Virus record (IMG/VR): IMGVR_UViG_3300005573_000126
Coordinates: 1 to 49,299 of that record
Origin: a virus
Taxonomy: Duplodnaviria > Caudoviricetes
DNA: 49,299 nt
Strand: one strand, 5' to 3'
The translations under genes and the position numbers were made by a program. A model generated the notes under the pieces. The model saw only the letters and a list, made by a program, of their open reading frames with translations. It did not search any database and had not been told where the DNA came from. Position 1 is the stretch's first letter. Each line of letters starts with the position of its first letter. Shown here piece by piece: positions 17,405-28,700 of this stretch.

Positions 17405-17981
17405 GGTTATTCGGTTTTAAGTTTTTGTTTTCAGATTCTTTTTCGAGTTTTTTAATTACTTGGTCTTTATTGGTTATTTCATCAAGTGGTTCGACGTCTT
17501 GGACGTTAGATAGTTCTTTTTGCTGTTGAGGGAGGAATTGATTACCGAAGAAGACATAGGTTTTGTTGTTTTGGAAAGTTTGTTCAGCCTCTTTACGACC
17601 CATAACACCCATAGTTTTTTCAATTGATTCGTCGAGATATTTAAGGAGGTTGACTACACGGTTGAGGTCTTCTTCCATCATGAGGAGTTTTTTGGCACGT
17701 TCAATAGCTTGCATTTTGACGTCCCAAGCACGCTTCATGAAGGTGGCTATGTGTTTTTTTTGTTCGTTATTAACGACCTGAAGAGCCGATTTTATTTCTT
17801 TTGAGTTGTCAAGTACGTCTTTACCGTACATTTTTTCCCACTTTAAAAGGCTGCCTACCGATATATTCAGTTCACGAGATGTTTTGGAATAGTTCATTCC
17901 ATTTGCTTGAAGCATTTTGAGGGCAGCTATACGCTCGGCTATGCTGTATTTGCGCATCAATCTGTCTTCTGTTTTGTCCAT
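17391..17981 (-). CDS. HTH protein, putative terminase small subunit
   Basis: N-terminal HTH (YSIAERIAAL...YSKTSRELNISVGSLLKW), helical oligomerization-like middle, disordered tail; no DDE domain. Confidence 0.55.
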   Translation of the reverse strand: MDKTEDRLMRKYSIAERIAALKMLQANGMNYSKTSRELNISVGSLLKWEKMYGKDVLDNSKEIKSALQVVNNEQKKHIATFMKRAWDVKMQAIERAKKLLMMEEDLNRVVNLLKYLDESIEKTMGVMGRKEAEQTFQNNKTYVFFGNQFLPQQQKELSNVQDVEPLDEITNKDQVIKKLEKESENKNLKPNNHENK

Positions 17982-18054
17982 ATTTATTTGAGTTTTAGTT
18001 CATTTCATATACAAAAAGATATATTATAAATCACTCAAAGTTAATACTTTATTT

Positions 18055-18067
18055 TACTTTAGTTCAA
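18055..18067 (+). promoter_or_regulatory. candidate late promoter element TACTTTAGTTCAA
   Basis: 12/13 identical to 40081-40093; both precede structural operons. Confidence 0.45.
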
Positions 18068-18084
18068 CCAAAAAATTAGTAAAG

Positions 18085-18699
18085 ATGGATCCGGTAACCA
18101 TTGCTCAAATAGCTGCATTGCTGTCCAAAGGTGTTTCAATGGCTGGTAATGCCAGACAGAACTGGCAGTATCAGAATATGATAAACAATGAAAAATCAAA
18201 TGCCTATAACTGGTATAATGCCTTAACAAGACAGCCATATATGCAAAGAGCCGACGCACAAAGCACAATAACCCAGTTAACTGGCATGCTCAAAAAGAAT
18301 ATGAGCCAGATGGCGAACCGGTCAAGGGTAATCGGTGGAACACCTGACGCATTGAACTCGTTACAGAGCGGTGCCCAAAATACAGTAGCTAATACCGTAG
18401 GCAGAATGGCTGGCAATGCCGACCTGCAAAAAATGAGAGCATACCAGTTGCTCATGTCACGACTGAATCAGCTAAATACTATGCAGGCTGGCAGATATAA
18501 TGCTAAGATAAATTCATGGAACAACATTTCTGCCGACGCCAATCAGGTTCTTAATACCTTACTCATGTCTCAAATGGTTGGCGCTAAAGGTCTGCCAACG
18601 GGAGCAACAAATGGCATTAATATGAATAACTTGAGTAGTATTATTTACAGATACCTGCAAGGTGCACCGAAACTCAACGTACCGAAACTCATCCCATAA
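18085..18699 (+). CDS. putative DNA ejection/internal virion protein (P22 gp7-like position)
   Basis: MDPVTIAQIAALL start; rich in Q/N/A/M/G and helical; first of three genes before the portal. Confidence 0.6.
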   Translation: MDPVTIAQIAALLSKGVSMAGNARQNWQYQNMINNEKSNAYNWYNALTRQPYMQRADAQSTITQLTGMLKKNMSQMANRSRVIGGTPDALNSLQSGAQNTVANTVGRMAGNADLQKMRAYQLLMSRLNQLNTMQAGRYNAKINSWNNISADANQVLNTLLMSQMVGAKGLPTGATNGINMNNLSSIIYRYLQGAPKLNVPKLIP

Positions 18700-18711
18700 A
18701 CAATATATAAA

Positions 18712-19707
18712 ATGAACAACAACGAAGATGATGTTTTTGGTCAACTAATTAACAACTTAATTGCCAATAAGCCTACCTATAACCAGCAGGCTGCAAAAAA
18801 TTACGAGAAGGTGGCTAAAACAAGCGCCTTCCTCGATGCTATTCAATTGCTCACAAAAACACTTGGTGGCATAGGAGGCGCTACCGTAAATAGAGAAGAA
18901 CCCAATCGAGTGGTGCCTAATGCCCTCAACATGTATAACAACGATTACCAGAAATTCAAAAATGACCTCGACCGGTGGAATAGTATCTATTCAAATATAA
19001 TGCTTCAAAAACTTGCCAACGATAAATGGCAAAAACAATTTGATGCAGAACAACAATATAGAAATGCACAAATTGATATGCAAAAATTACGTACATTAAA
19101 TAGCAAAAAAATTACCACAAGCACAAAAGAACAAAAACCATTCTACACTCTTATTGATTCAAAAACAGGTACTAAACTTCACCTGCCGACACAAGGCGAC
19201 TTCGACTACCTCTGGAACCAAATACGAAATGCCTACCTTAACGGAGAATATCAAGGCAAACTTTCACAGGAAGATGACCTGTCAATGAAAAACTTTATTG
19301 ACCCTCAATTTAAAAATGAAACACTGAGAAAATCATTATTGAACAAACTATGGCTATTGCATCCGCAAATTTATAACGACCTGATTACTGGTAAAACACC
19401 ATATATACCGTTAACAAATACAAATAATTTGATGCCACAGACAAATACACCAACTCAGACAAGTAAACCAACTCAGACAAATACATCAAGTCAGACAAGT
19501 ACAATAACACAACGGCAACCGGTGGTAACTGAAAATAAACAGAAGGCAAACGCTGTTAAACAAGAACCTACACAAACAACGACGAGAACAGATACAATAC
19601 GTGGCAAGAGCGGTATAACAATGGAACAATTCCAAGACCTGATAAGACTTGGACAGAAACTACAAAGAATACAAGAAGCACAGGCAAAAAAGAAAAAAAA
19701 TAAATAG
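18712..19707 (+). CDS. putative DNA ejection/internal virion protein
   Basis: Amphipathic LLTKTLGGIGGA segment, coiled coil, T/Q-rich linker. Confidence 0.55.
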   Translation: MNNNEDDVFGQLINNLIANKPTYNQQAAKNYEKVAKTSAFLDAIQLLTKTLGGIGGATVNREEPNRVVPNALNMYNNDYQKFKNDLDRWNSIYSNIMLQKLANDKWQKQFDAEQQYRNAQIDMQKLRTLNSKKITTSTKEQKPFYTLIDSKTGTKLHLPTQGDFDYLWNQIRNAYLNGEYQGKLSQEDDLSMKNFIDPQFKNETLRKSLLNKLWLLHPQIYNDLITGKTPYIPLTNTNNLMPQTNTPTQTSKPTQTNTSSQTSTITQRQPVVTENKQKANAVKQEPTQTTTRTDTIRGKSGITMEQFQDLIRLGQKLQRIQEAQAKKKKNK

Positions 19708-19709
19708 CC

Positions 19710-22700
19710 ATGATTTATCTTGAACCTGAAAAAAACAATAATTTAATTCTTCCTTTGGAAAACAATGAGGCTGAAATTAACCTGTCATTTACAAACCAGC
19801 CAGAACAAGAACAACAGGAAGAAAGCACAACCATTCCAATACAAACAAACCAACCTCAACAACCGGTAAAAAATATTACACTGACACAACCTGTCAGTGA
19901 CAAACAAAGCAATAAACCAGAAGAAACTTATGAGGAAGGACTTACTACACCTGATATAAAAACTATCAATCACCTTTTTTCTATTACAAACAAAAAAAGC
20001 ATTGACCCCGATAACCCAGTTATTGACGAAAATACAGTAAAAAACTATTTCAACGCTTTATACCATTTAGGTAAAAATGAGTTTGGAGACCAGTTTAATC
20101 CACCTAAGGAGTTTGAAAACCTTGCTTTTGAAAAAGGTTTTGGTAAAGGTTTTAAATCCGGACTGAAACAGATTAAATATGATTTTCAATATCTTTCTCA
20201 AGAACTTAGTAAAAAGTTTGATGAAAATTTAGTATATGAACTTGACGATGATATTCGCTCAGGAATATGGGATACAAGTAAATCACCTGAACAGTTAGAA
20301 CAAGACCTGAAGTTCTTTCGTGAAAAAGAACAAGAAGAAGCTGAAAAAAGAAATCAGTTACAAAGACAACCAAGTGCCCTTTCATTTGGAGTTTCCCCTG
20401 TATTTGATACAACAAGTGCTATCAACAATCAAACTGATGAAGAAAAATTTTATGCCAAGAATGCAACCAAAACAGAACTGTGGCTGAACTTACTCAAACA
20501 GTTTGATGGTGACACCGAACAGGCAAAACAATTTCTGCATCAGTTTAAATCTTCAATGGCACCACATGAAGCCAAACAAAGAGAAATAATCAAAGAGAAA
20601 TTCAATATACCTGAAGGGAAAGGACTGTTTTATGACATAGGCAATATGGCACCACAAGTTGCGCCTATTGCTATATCAATGGCAGTTAGCCCTGTTGCCG
20701 GTTCCACTGTTTCAGGAATTTTAGGCACAGTCGTAGGTACAGCTATGGCATCAATGACAGCTGCTGATGCCTTGATGAACTACGACCAGTATATGCATGA
20801 CAAAGGTTATGCTATTGACCCAAAAGAAAGATTTGGTATTTCCATTTCAGCTGGTATTGTTGAGTATCTTACAGAAAAAATTCCTTTTGACAAGGTGTCA
20901 AAAAGACTTGTCAAAGGAACATTGATGAAAACAATTCTATCAGAAGGAGGCGAAAAAGGATTTGAGATTCTTGAAAAATATCTGCCCAAAGATTCCAGAT
21001 TGAAAGTGCTTTATAATAAAGCAATTAAACTATTAGCTGAAGGTAACAATGAAGGACTTGAAGAAGTAACCTCAGAAATAAACCAGATACTCGGTGAACA
21101 TATCTACCAAGATAAAGCAGACTGGCAGTCATTCAACGATATGGCTAATAGAATAAAACAATCCTATGTTGGTGGCGCCATGATGCGTGCTATGCTTGTC
21201 CCTGGCGAAGTTGGAATACAACATGCACAAAGAAAAATACGCTGGAACAATCAGGGTGTTAACCTTGCATCAGCAAAGGACGGTACCATTTTTGAAGTAT
21301 TAAATGTTGACTACGACAAAAATAATCCTAAAAATACAGTTTACCACGGCGAAACAAAAGATGGCAGAGAAGTCGAATATAAGGCTTCAGAACTCGACCA
21401 TTTTGTCCATTTTGAACCTGACGAAGTAAAACAATACAATGATGCCCTACAAACTGCCGATAAGGCAAAAATAGAGGCAACTAAACAAAATATCATTGAG
21501 AAACGAGTACAAAGAACTAAAGATGAAGCACTTGGTCTATTCAATAGTCTCGGAGTAAAAACCGTTGACCCCAATACCGGTAATGCTGTTGTCAAAATAG
21601 CTGATGACAAATATGGAAATAGCTGGTTGATTATTGACGAAGATGCTGATAATAACACAGCCGTAGTAGCAAAATTCAATCCGCAAACATCAGAGATTTC
21701 GGACGAGCGTAAAATGATGAATGCAAACGATTTCACCAATATTAGCATATTCGACACTGACCAGCTTGCCACCGAAATAGCAGAAAATACAAGACCAGTA
21801 GTAACTGAAGAACTCGGATTAAACCAGCCAACAGAAGAAGAACAAACACAGCAGACAAATGCTGAACCTGTTCTTCCGGTTGGAGTAGCACCCGGTAAGA
21901 CCATTACCTTCCGTAACCAAAAGTATGTTGTCAGTGAAATAAAATCTGATGGTAAAATTTACGCTGACCCAGTTGATTATGAAGCTAATGCATCAACAAT
22001 CATAACACCTGACCAGTACAAAGAAATACAAATCGAAGGTGCAAATACACAGGCTAATCAGACTGCGCCACAAGCTCAACCCACCGCCGAACAGACACAG
22101 CCGGAAGCACCCACCGCCGAACAGACACAGGGACAAACAAACACTAATCGCATATCTATTGATTTACAAGGAAATAAATTCAATGCAACAGTAAGTAATG
22201 ATGGCACCATTATTATTGATAATGTGTTTGAAGGTGCAACCGGTAAAGAAGAAGCTGAACAATTAGTTCATGCACTCAATAAAGAATATGACAATAACCC
22301 AGCTTTTGAATTAGTCAAATTGCCAAAACAAACCGATAACACAATTGAAAAACCAAAATATCAAATAATTGCTAAACCGAATCAAAATGAAAAACCTCAA
22401 GAACAACCTGCATCAACTAATAAAATTACAGGAACAGGGAACATTGAAACCCAAAAACAAAATAAAACCGAGAAAACTGAACAAAAAGGACAACCTGAAA
22501 CCAAAACCGAGATAAAAAACGTAGCCAATACTGAGAAAAAAGAAACCAAACCTCAACAGGAAGTAACAAAGACTTATGATGAACAAGTAAATGACTTCAT
22601 TAATGACTTTTTAAAGAAACATAACGAAGATGTAAACTGGTTTCTTGTTTATCGTGGTTTGAGGCATAATGATACCAACGACATAAGATATTATCTTGAT

Positions 22701-25700
22701 AAAGGTAAACTTTCATTGGCTGAATTGAAAGAATTTATTGACGAATATAATAATCAGAATTTTGCTAAGGAAGATGTAAGTAAAATTATGAATACTACAT
22801 ACGAAAGGGTGAAGGAATCTTACGAAGAAAGTTTAAAGAAAGAAGCCAAACTTCAGTCTGAAAAAGAAGCAAAGGAAACTACGCCAAAAGCAAAAGAAGC
22901 TGCACCGACAATGACTGAAAAACAGCCTGAAACAAAGGCTGAAACGAAAAATGTTGTTTTCACTGAAGAAGCATACGAGGCTGCACTAAAAAGGCTCAAG
23001 GAAAGATTTGGTAGATTAAATGCCGGTATTGACCCCACAATTCTTTCTGACGGTATAATCGTTGGAGGTTTCTACGTTGAAAAAGGTATTCATAAATTTG
23101 CCGAATGGTCTAAAAAGATGCTTGAGGCTGTTGGCAAAGAAATACAACCATATCTTAAATCAATATACCGTGCTGTAAAAACTTGGCCGGGCATGGAAGA
23201 ATATGCCAAAAATATGGACAGCGATGAGTATATTGAAAAGTACAATTTTGAACAGGAAGAGAAGCCGGAAACTCAGTTGGAAACTCAGATGGAAACTCAA
23301 AATAAACAAGAAAGTTTAAAAGATATTACAGAATTAAAAGAAGAATCAAAGAGTGAAGTTCCAAAAGACAAAACCAAAGTATATATTGACAATGAACCGG
23401 TTGACTTTAAAGATGCTGTAATGGCATACTTTCAACTTAAAAATTTGTTGAATGTAGAAATAAAGAACAAGAAGGCAGCCAAAGATGAAAATTACTCATT
23501 TTATAATAGCGAATTGGAAACATTAGGTGAAGCTATTAAGAAGTATGCTAATGCTATTGATGAGTATCTTAAAAATAACGAAGCACCAGACCCGGAATTA
23601 GAAAAACAATACACTGAATCAAGAAAAAAGATTACTGATAAGTCACCATTGTTAGAGTACAAACAAACCAAACATACAAAAACCGGTGAAACACTTCATG
23701 TTGGTATTATCAAATTTAAAGTCGTCAATTACAAAGACCTTGTTAGAGCTGTAAATGAAATTGACCCAAAGGCATATTATTCAACATTTGTCAAAGGGTT
23801 TATATTCAGCAATGAAGAACTTGCAAAGAAAGCAATCGAAACTATTCATGCAATAGATTATACGATTGATACCGAAGGTATATTCACACCGACGGTAGAA
23901 AAAGCTGCAAAAGAAACTTATCAGGTAGCAAAAGATTTACTTAATAATAAGGATAAGGTTCTTGTAATTAAGGTACCAAAAAATGAAAATACTAAGGCTG
24001 AAATCAAATATGAACATCCTTTAACCGATTCGGATAGATTATTGAAATATCCCAATTCTGAAGGAGATATATACTCATACACATTTTATAAAAATGGCAA
24101 ACTTTCATATACAATGGAATTTGCCGTATTGCCTAACGAAGGAGTAATATATCCCGTAAGAGTTGACGAACAAAAAAATGACGGTAAAATTGAACATGGA
24201 GAATGGATATTGAAGGGAGTTATCTATCAAGGGTATGATGGTGGAAATTATGAGTCGGCAATTTCTGCAATAAAACAAACATTCATAATAGCTAAAAAAT
24301 ACGGATATGGAAACGAAGAAAAACCCGAAACTAACCCCGAAGCAGTGGGACAACGTGTACAGATTATTGAAGGTCAAGAAAAGGCTGTTAGAGACGAAGC
24401 GGAAGCTCGAAGCAACGAGGCAAGAAATTCTGGCAAAACAGAAAGACTGACAGAAAGACTGAATGAAGTCAAGCAAAATCTGAATGAAGTCGAGCAAAAG
24501 GTTGACAATCTCATTAATAAAATAGTAAACGAACTTGAAAATATGGGTATTAGCGAAAAAAATACCCCAAAAGGTACTAACTTTGAACAAGAAACCAATA
24601 AACCTGAAAGCAATGGACGACCTGAGGTATCACCCACTGTTCATCAGCCTGCTAATATGGAGCAGGGAGAACAATCAAGGAATATTCATGAACAAAACAC
24701 CAGAGGAGGTGCAGAAAAGACTAACGGAGAAAGTAAACCAAGCACTGGTTTACGAGGAAATGCTGAGGGAAAAGGGAATACCGGAAGACCTGATACCGGA
24801 ACTGGTGAACGGTTATCTAATGCCGGAACCCGAAGTGGAGGAGAAGCCATATCCGAAGGCGAAGTTCCTAAAAATAGTCAATCAAATTTATCAGGGGAAT
24901 CTGCCAACAGCAATGCTGTAAAAGAGAATCACATTATTGCACCTGATGACGTAATTGTCCCCAAAGGCAAAAAGGCTAAAATGCGTGCCAATATTGAGGC
25001 TATACGCATTTTAAAACAGTGCCAGAAAGAGAATAGACAAGCTACGCCAGAAGAAAAGAAGAAATTAGCCCAATATACCGGTTGGGGTGGTTTGGCTGAT
25101 ATATTCAACTCAGATGAATATGCAGAAGAATACAGAGAGTTAAGTGAATTACTTACATATAAAGAACTTGGTTCAATAAAGAAATCAACCATAAATGCCT
25201 TTTATACTTCTAAACCGGTTATACAAGCCATGTGGAAAATGGCAGAAAAACTTGGTTTTAAAGGAGGCATTGTTCTGGAGCCGGCAGCCGGTGTCGGTCA
25301 TTTTATGGGATTTGTTCCAGAAAACTTACGTAGCAAAACTAAATTCAAGGCTGTTGAACTTGATAAAATTACCGGTGAAATAACCCAACTTCTTTACCCA
25401 AATGCCGATGTATCGGTTACTGGATTCCAAGATGTCAATGTTAAACCAAATAGCATTGACATGGCAATTACAAACGTTCCTTTCGGCAATATTCGAGTAT
25501 ATGACCCCAATAACAAAGACATTTCCAGTAAATTCAATCTTCACAATTATTTCATTGCCAAGATAGTACGTGCCTTAAAACCGAACGGTATTGCCATTGT
25601 AATTACAACGTCAAGTACAATGGACAATGGCGGACAAGGTACTGACTTCAGAAAATGGTTAGTCAATGAGGGAAATGCTGAACTTGTTGATGCTATCCGG

Positions 25701-28700
25701 TTGCCAAATAATGCGTTTAAAGATAATGCCGGTACGGAGATAACAACCGATATTCTTATTATACGTAAACTTGATACAGGAGAAACAGCCCAAAACAATT
25801 TCATCAACATAGAAAAGGTCGGAGAAGGTAAAGTAAATGACAAAGTAATACCTATCTATGTTAATGAATTTTTTGCCCAACACCCTGACAGAGTTCTTGG
25901 TAAAATGGCTATTGCTGGTGAAGTTGGTTCTGGTGCACTTTATTCTGCTGAATCAACAACTTGCGCACCTGTTCCTGATATTGATGTGGAAGAAAAATTA
26001 AATGAAATTGCTGATAAAATAAAACCGGTTGAGCATATAAGTACCACTGAAATTACACCTCAAATACAGGCTGCAAAAGAAGAAGAATCTAAAGACAAAC
26101 ATAAAGAAAATGAACTGTTTGTAAAAGGTGGGAAAATCTATCAAAAGGTAAATGGTGAATTAGTTGAATATGCAGATGTTGGAAAGAATGTTGCCAACAA
26201 AATTAGGGTATTACAAAGCTATAAATCAATTTCAGATTCATTACATAAACTTATTGAGTTAGAAAACAATCCTGAATCAAGCGAAAAAGAAATTGAGGCT
26301 GAACGTAAAAGGTTAAATGACCTTTACGATGACTTTGTAAAGAAATATGGCACTCTGAATAATAACAGAGCAGTAAGCTGGCTTTCTGATGATGTTGATT
26401 TTTATCGTATAGCAGCCATAGAAAATGTTACAACAGAAATTACGTATGATTTACAAAATCAAAAGGTTAAAAAGAATGTAAAGATTACGAAATCAGATAT
26501 TTTCAATAAGCGAGTAATCAATCCCAAAGCCATTGAAACAAAGGCAGAAACAATAGACGATGCTATAAAATTTTCATTTACTCATACCGGCAAATTTGAT
26601 ATTGATTATATATCTAAATTACTTGGCAAGAACAAGTATGACGTTATTCAGGAAATGCTTGATAAGGGATACATATTTGAGAATCCTGAAACAGGTGTTT
26701 ATGAATATGCCGATGATTATTTGTCCGGTAATGTGGTTAGAAAACTTGATTTTGCTAAGAATGCTGCCAAAGACAATCCGAAATATGAAGCAAATGTAAG
26801 AGCACTTGAAAAAGTTCAGCCTAAAAGAAAGTCTATAAATGAAATAGGCTTTAAACTCGGTTCTACATGGATTGACCCTGCGATAGTAGAAAGATGGGCA
26901 TTTGAATATTTTAACTATCCTTCATACTATAAATTTTCAGTAAAATATATACAAGATGTAGGATGGGTAGTTGACTACAATAAGCATGCAACCTCACCAC
27001 AGATTGCCTCGTCTGAAGTTAAAGGCATGTCACCTTTTGCCTTGTTGGAACATAAGCTGAATAATCAGAGTACAGTAATAAGAAAAAAGGTTGAAAACAA
27101 TAAGTTTGAACAAGACAAAGAGGCAATGTCGCTTGCTGAAGCAAAGAAGCAAGAATTTGAAAATAGTTTCAAAGAATGGTGTTATAAAAATGAAGATGTA
27201 TATACTAAACTTGAAGATAAATACAATGAAATTTATAATAGCACTATTCCGAGAAAAGATATTCCCAAAACAGAATATTATCCCGGAGCAAATACCAATA
27301 TTAAATTAAGAGAGCATCAAAAAAGAGCTGTTGATAAATGCCTTGCCGGTTCAACACTTATTGCTCATCAGGTAGGTACCGGCAAAACATATACGCTCAT
27401 TACGGCTGCGATGGAAATGCGTAGGCTTGGTTTAGCAAGAAAGCCTATGATTGTTGTGCAAAAAGCTACATTACCACAGTTTGTGGAATCTATTTATAAA
27501 TTGTATCCTAATGCAAAAGTATTGGTGCCGAGAGATAAGGATATGTCTGCATCTGAAAGGAATAAATTCCTTAACAAAATAGCGTATGGCGACTATGATA
27601 TTGTTGTTGTTACACATGACAATTTAAGATTAATACCAGATAAACCTGAAAGACTTGAATTATATATTCAGGAACAAATTGATAGATTAAATGAATTGAA
27701 ACAAGAATCAAATAATGATAGGAATACTATAAGAGAAATTGATAATCAGATAAAGCAATGGCAAAATATTGGTGGAAAAAAGAAAAATAAAAAGGGCGCA
27801 ACTTCTAATGAAGAATATGCAGCCCAAGAAATACCAATAGGTAATGTAAAACAAAATTCAAAAGAAGAGATTAGGATTGAAGAAAGTATTAAAAAACAGG
27901 CTGGTAGAAGAACTGCTAATGTGTTCTATTTTGAAGATTTAGGTATTGATGCCCTGCTTATTGATGAAGCACATACATACAAACGTCTTGGTTTTATTTC
28001 AAAACTTAATCGAATAAGAGGCATTGACAAATCAAAGAGCCAAAAATCATTGAGTGCCCTGATGAAAGTCAGGTACATACAAGAAAAGAAAAATGGCAAA
28101 AATGTCGTAATGGCTACCGGAACACCAATAAGTAATACAGCAGCCGAAATATGGACTTTCATGTATTACTTAATGCCGGATAAGCTGAGAGAATTTGGCA
28201 TGTACACATTTGATGCCTTTGCTTCTAACTTCGGAGATATTTCAGAATCAATTGAACTTGGAACCAATGGTAAATTAAGAATTGTTACAAGATTCAAAAA
28301 TTATCACAACCTTAATGAGTTAAGAAAAATATTTGGTCTAATAGCCGATGTAGCATTAACAAAAGATATTCCGGAATTAAAAGAAGGAATTGGAACACCG
28401 TCGGTTGAAATTAAGCCATTTGAAAAGGTTATAATTCCTTATGAATCTGAACCACTCAAAAACATAATGAATAGAATAATTGAAACATTGAGGATATGGG
28501 AAAAAATGAGTGGTGGCGAAAAAATGAAATTGCGTCATATACCCCTTGTAATGTTTACAAGAGCAAAACAAGCTGCCATTGATGTTAGATTGTATGATTC
28601 AAGTTTACCTGATGACCCCAAAAGTAAAGTTAATATTGCAGTAGGTAAGATATACGACATTTACAAAGAAACTGATTCATACAAAGGAACTCAGCTTGTA

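Noticed and set aside
17391-17981. IS3-family transposase OrfA
   Set aside because: HTH only; no DDE OrfB and no terminal inverted repeats; translationally coupled to a tail gene
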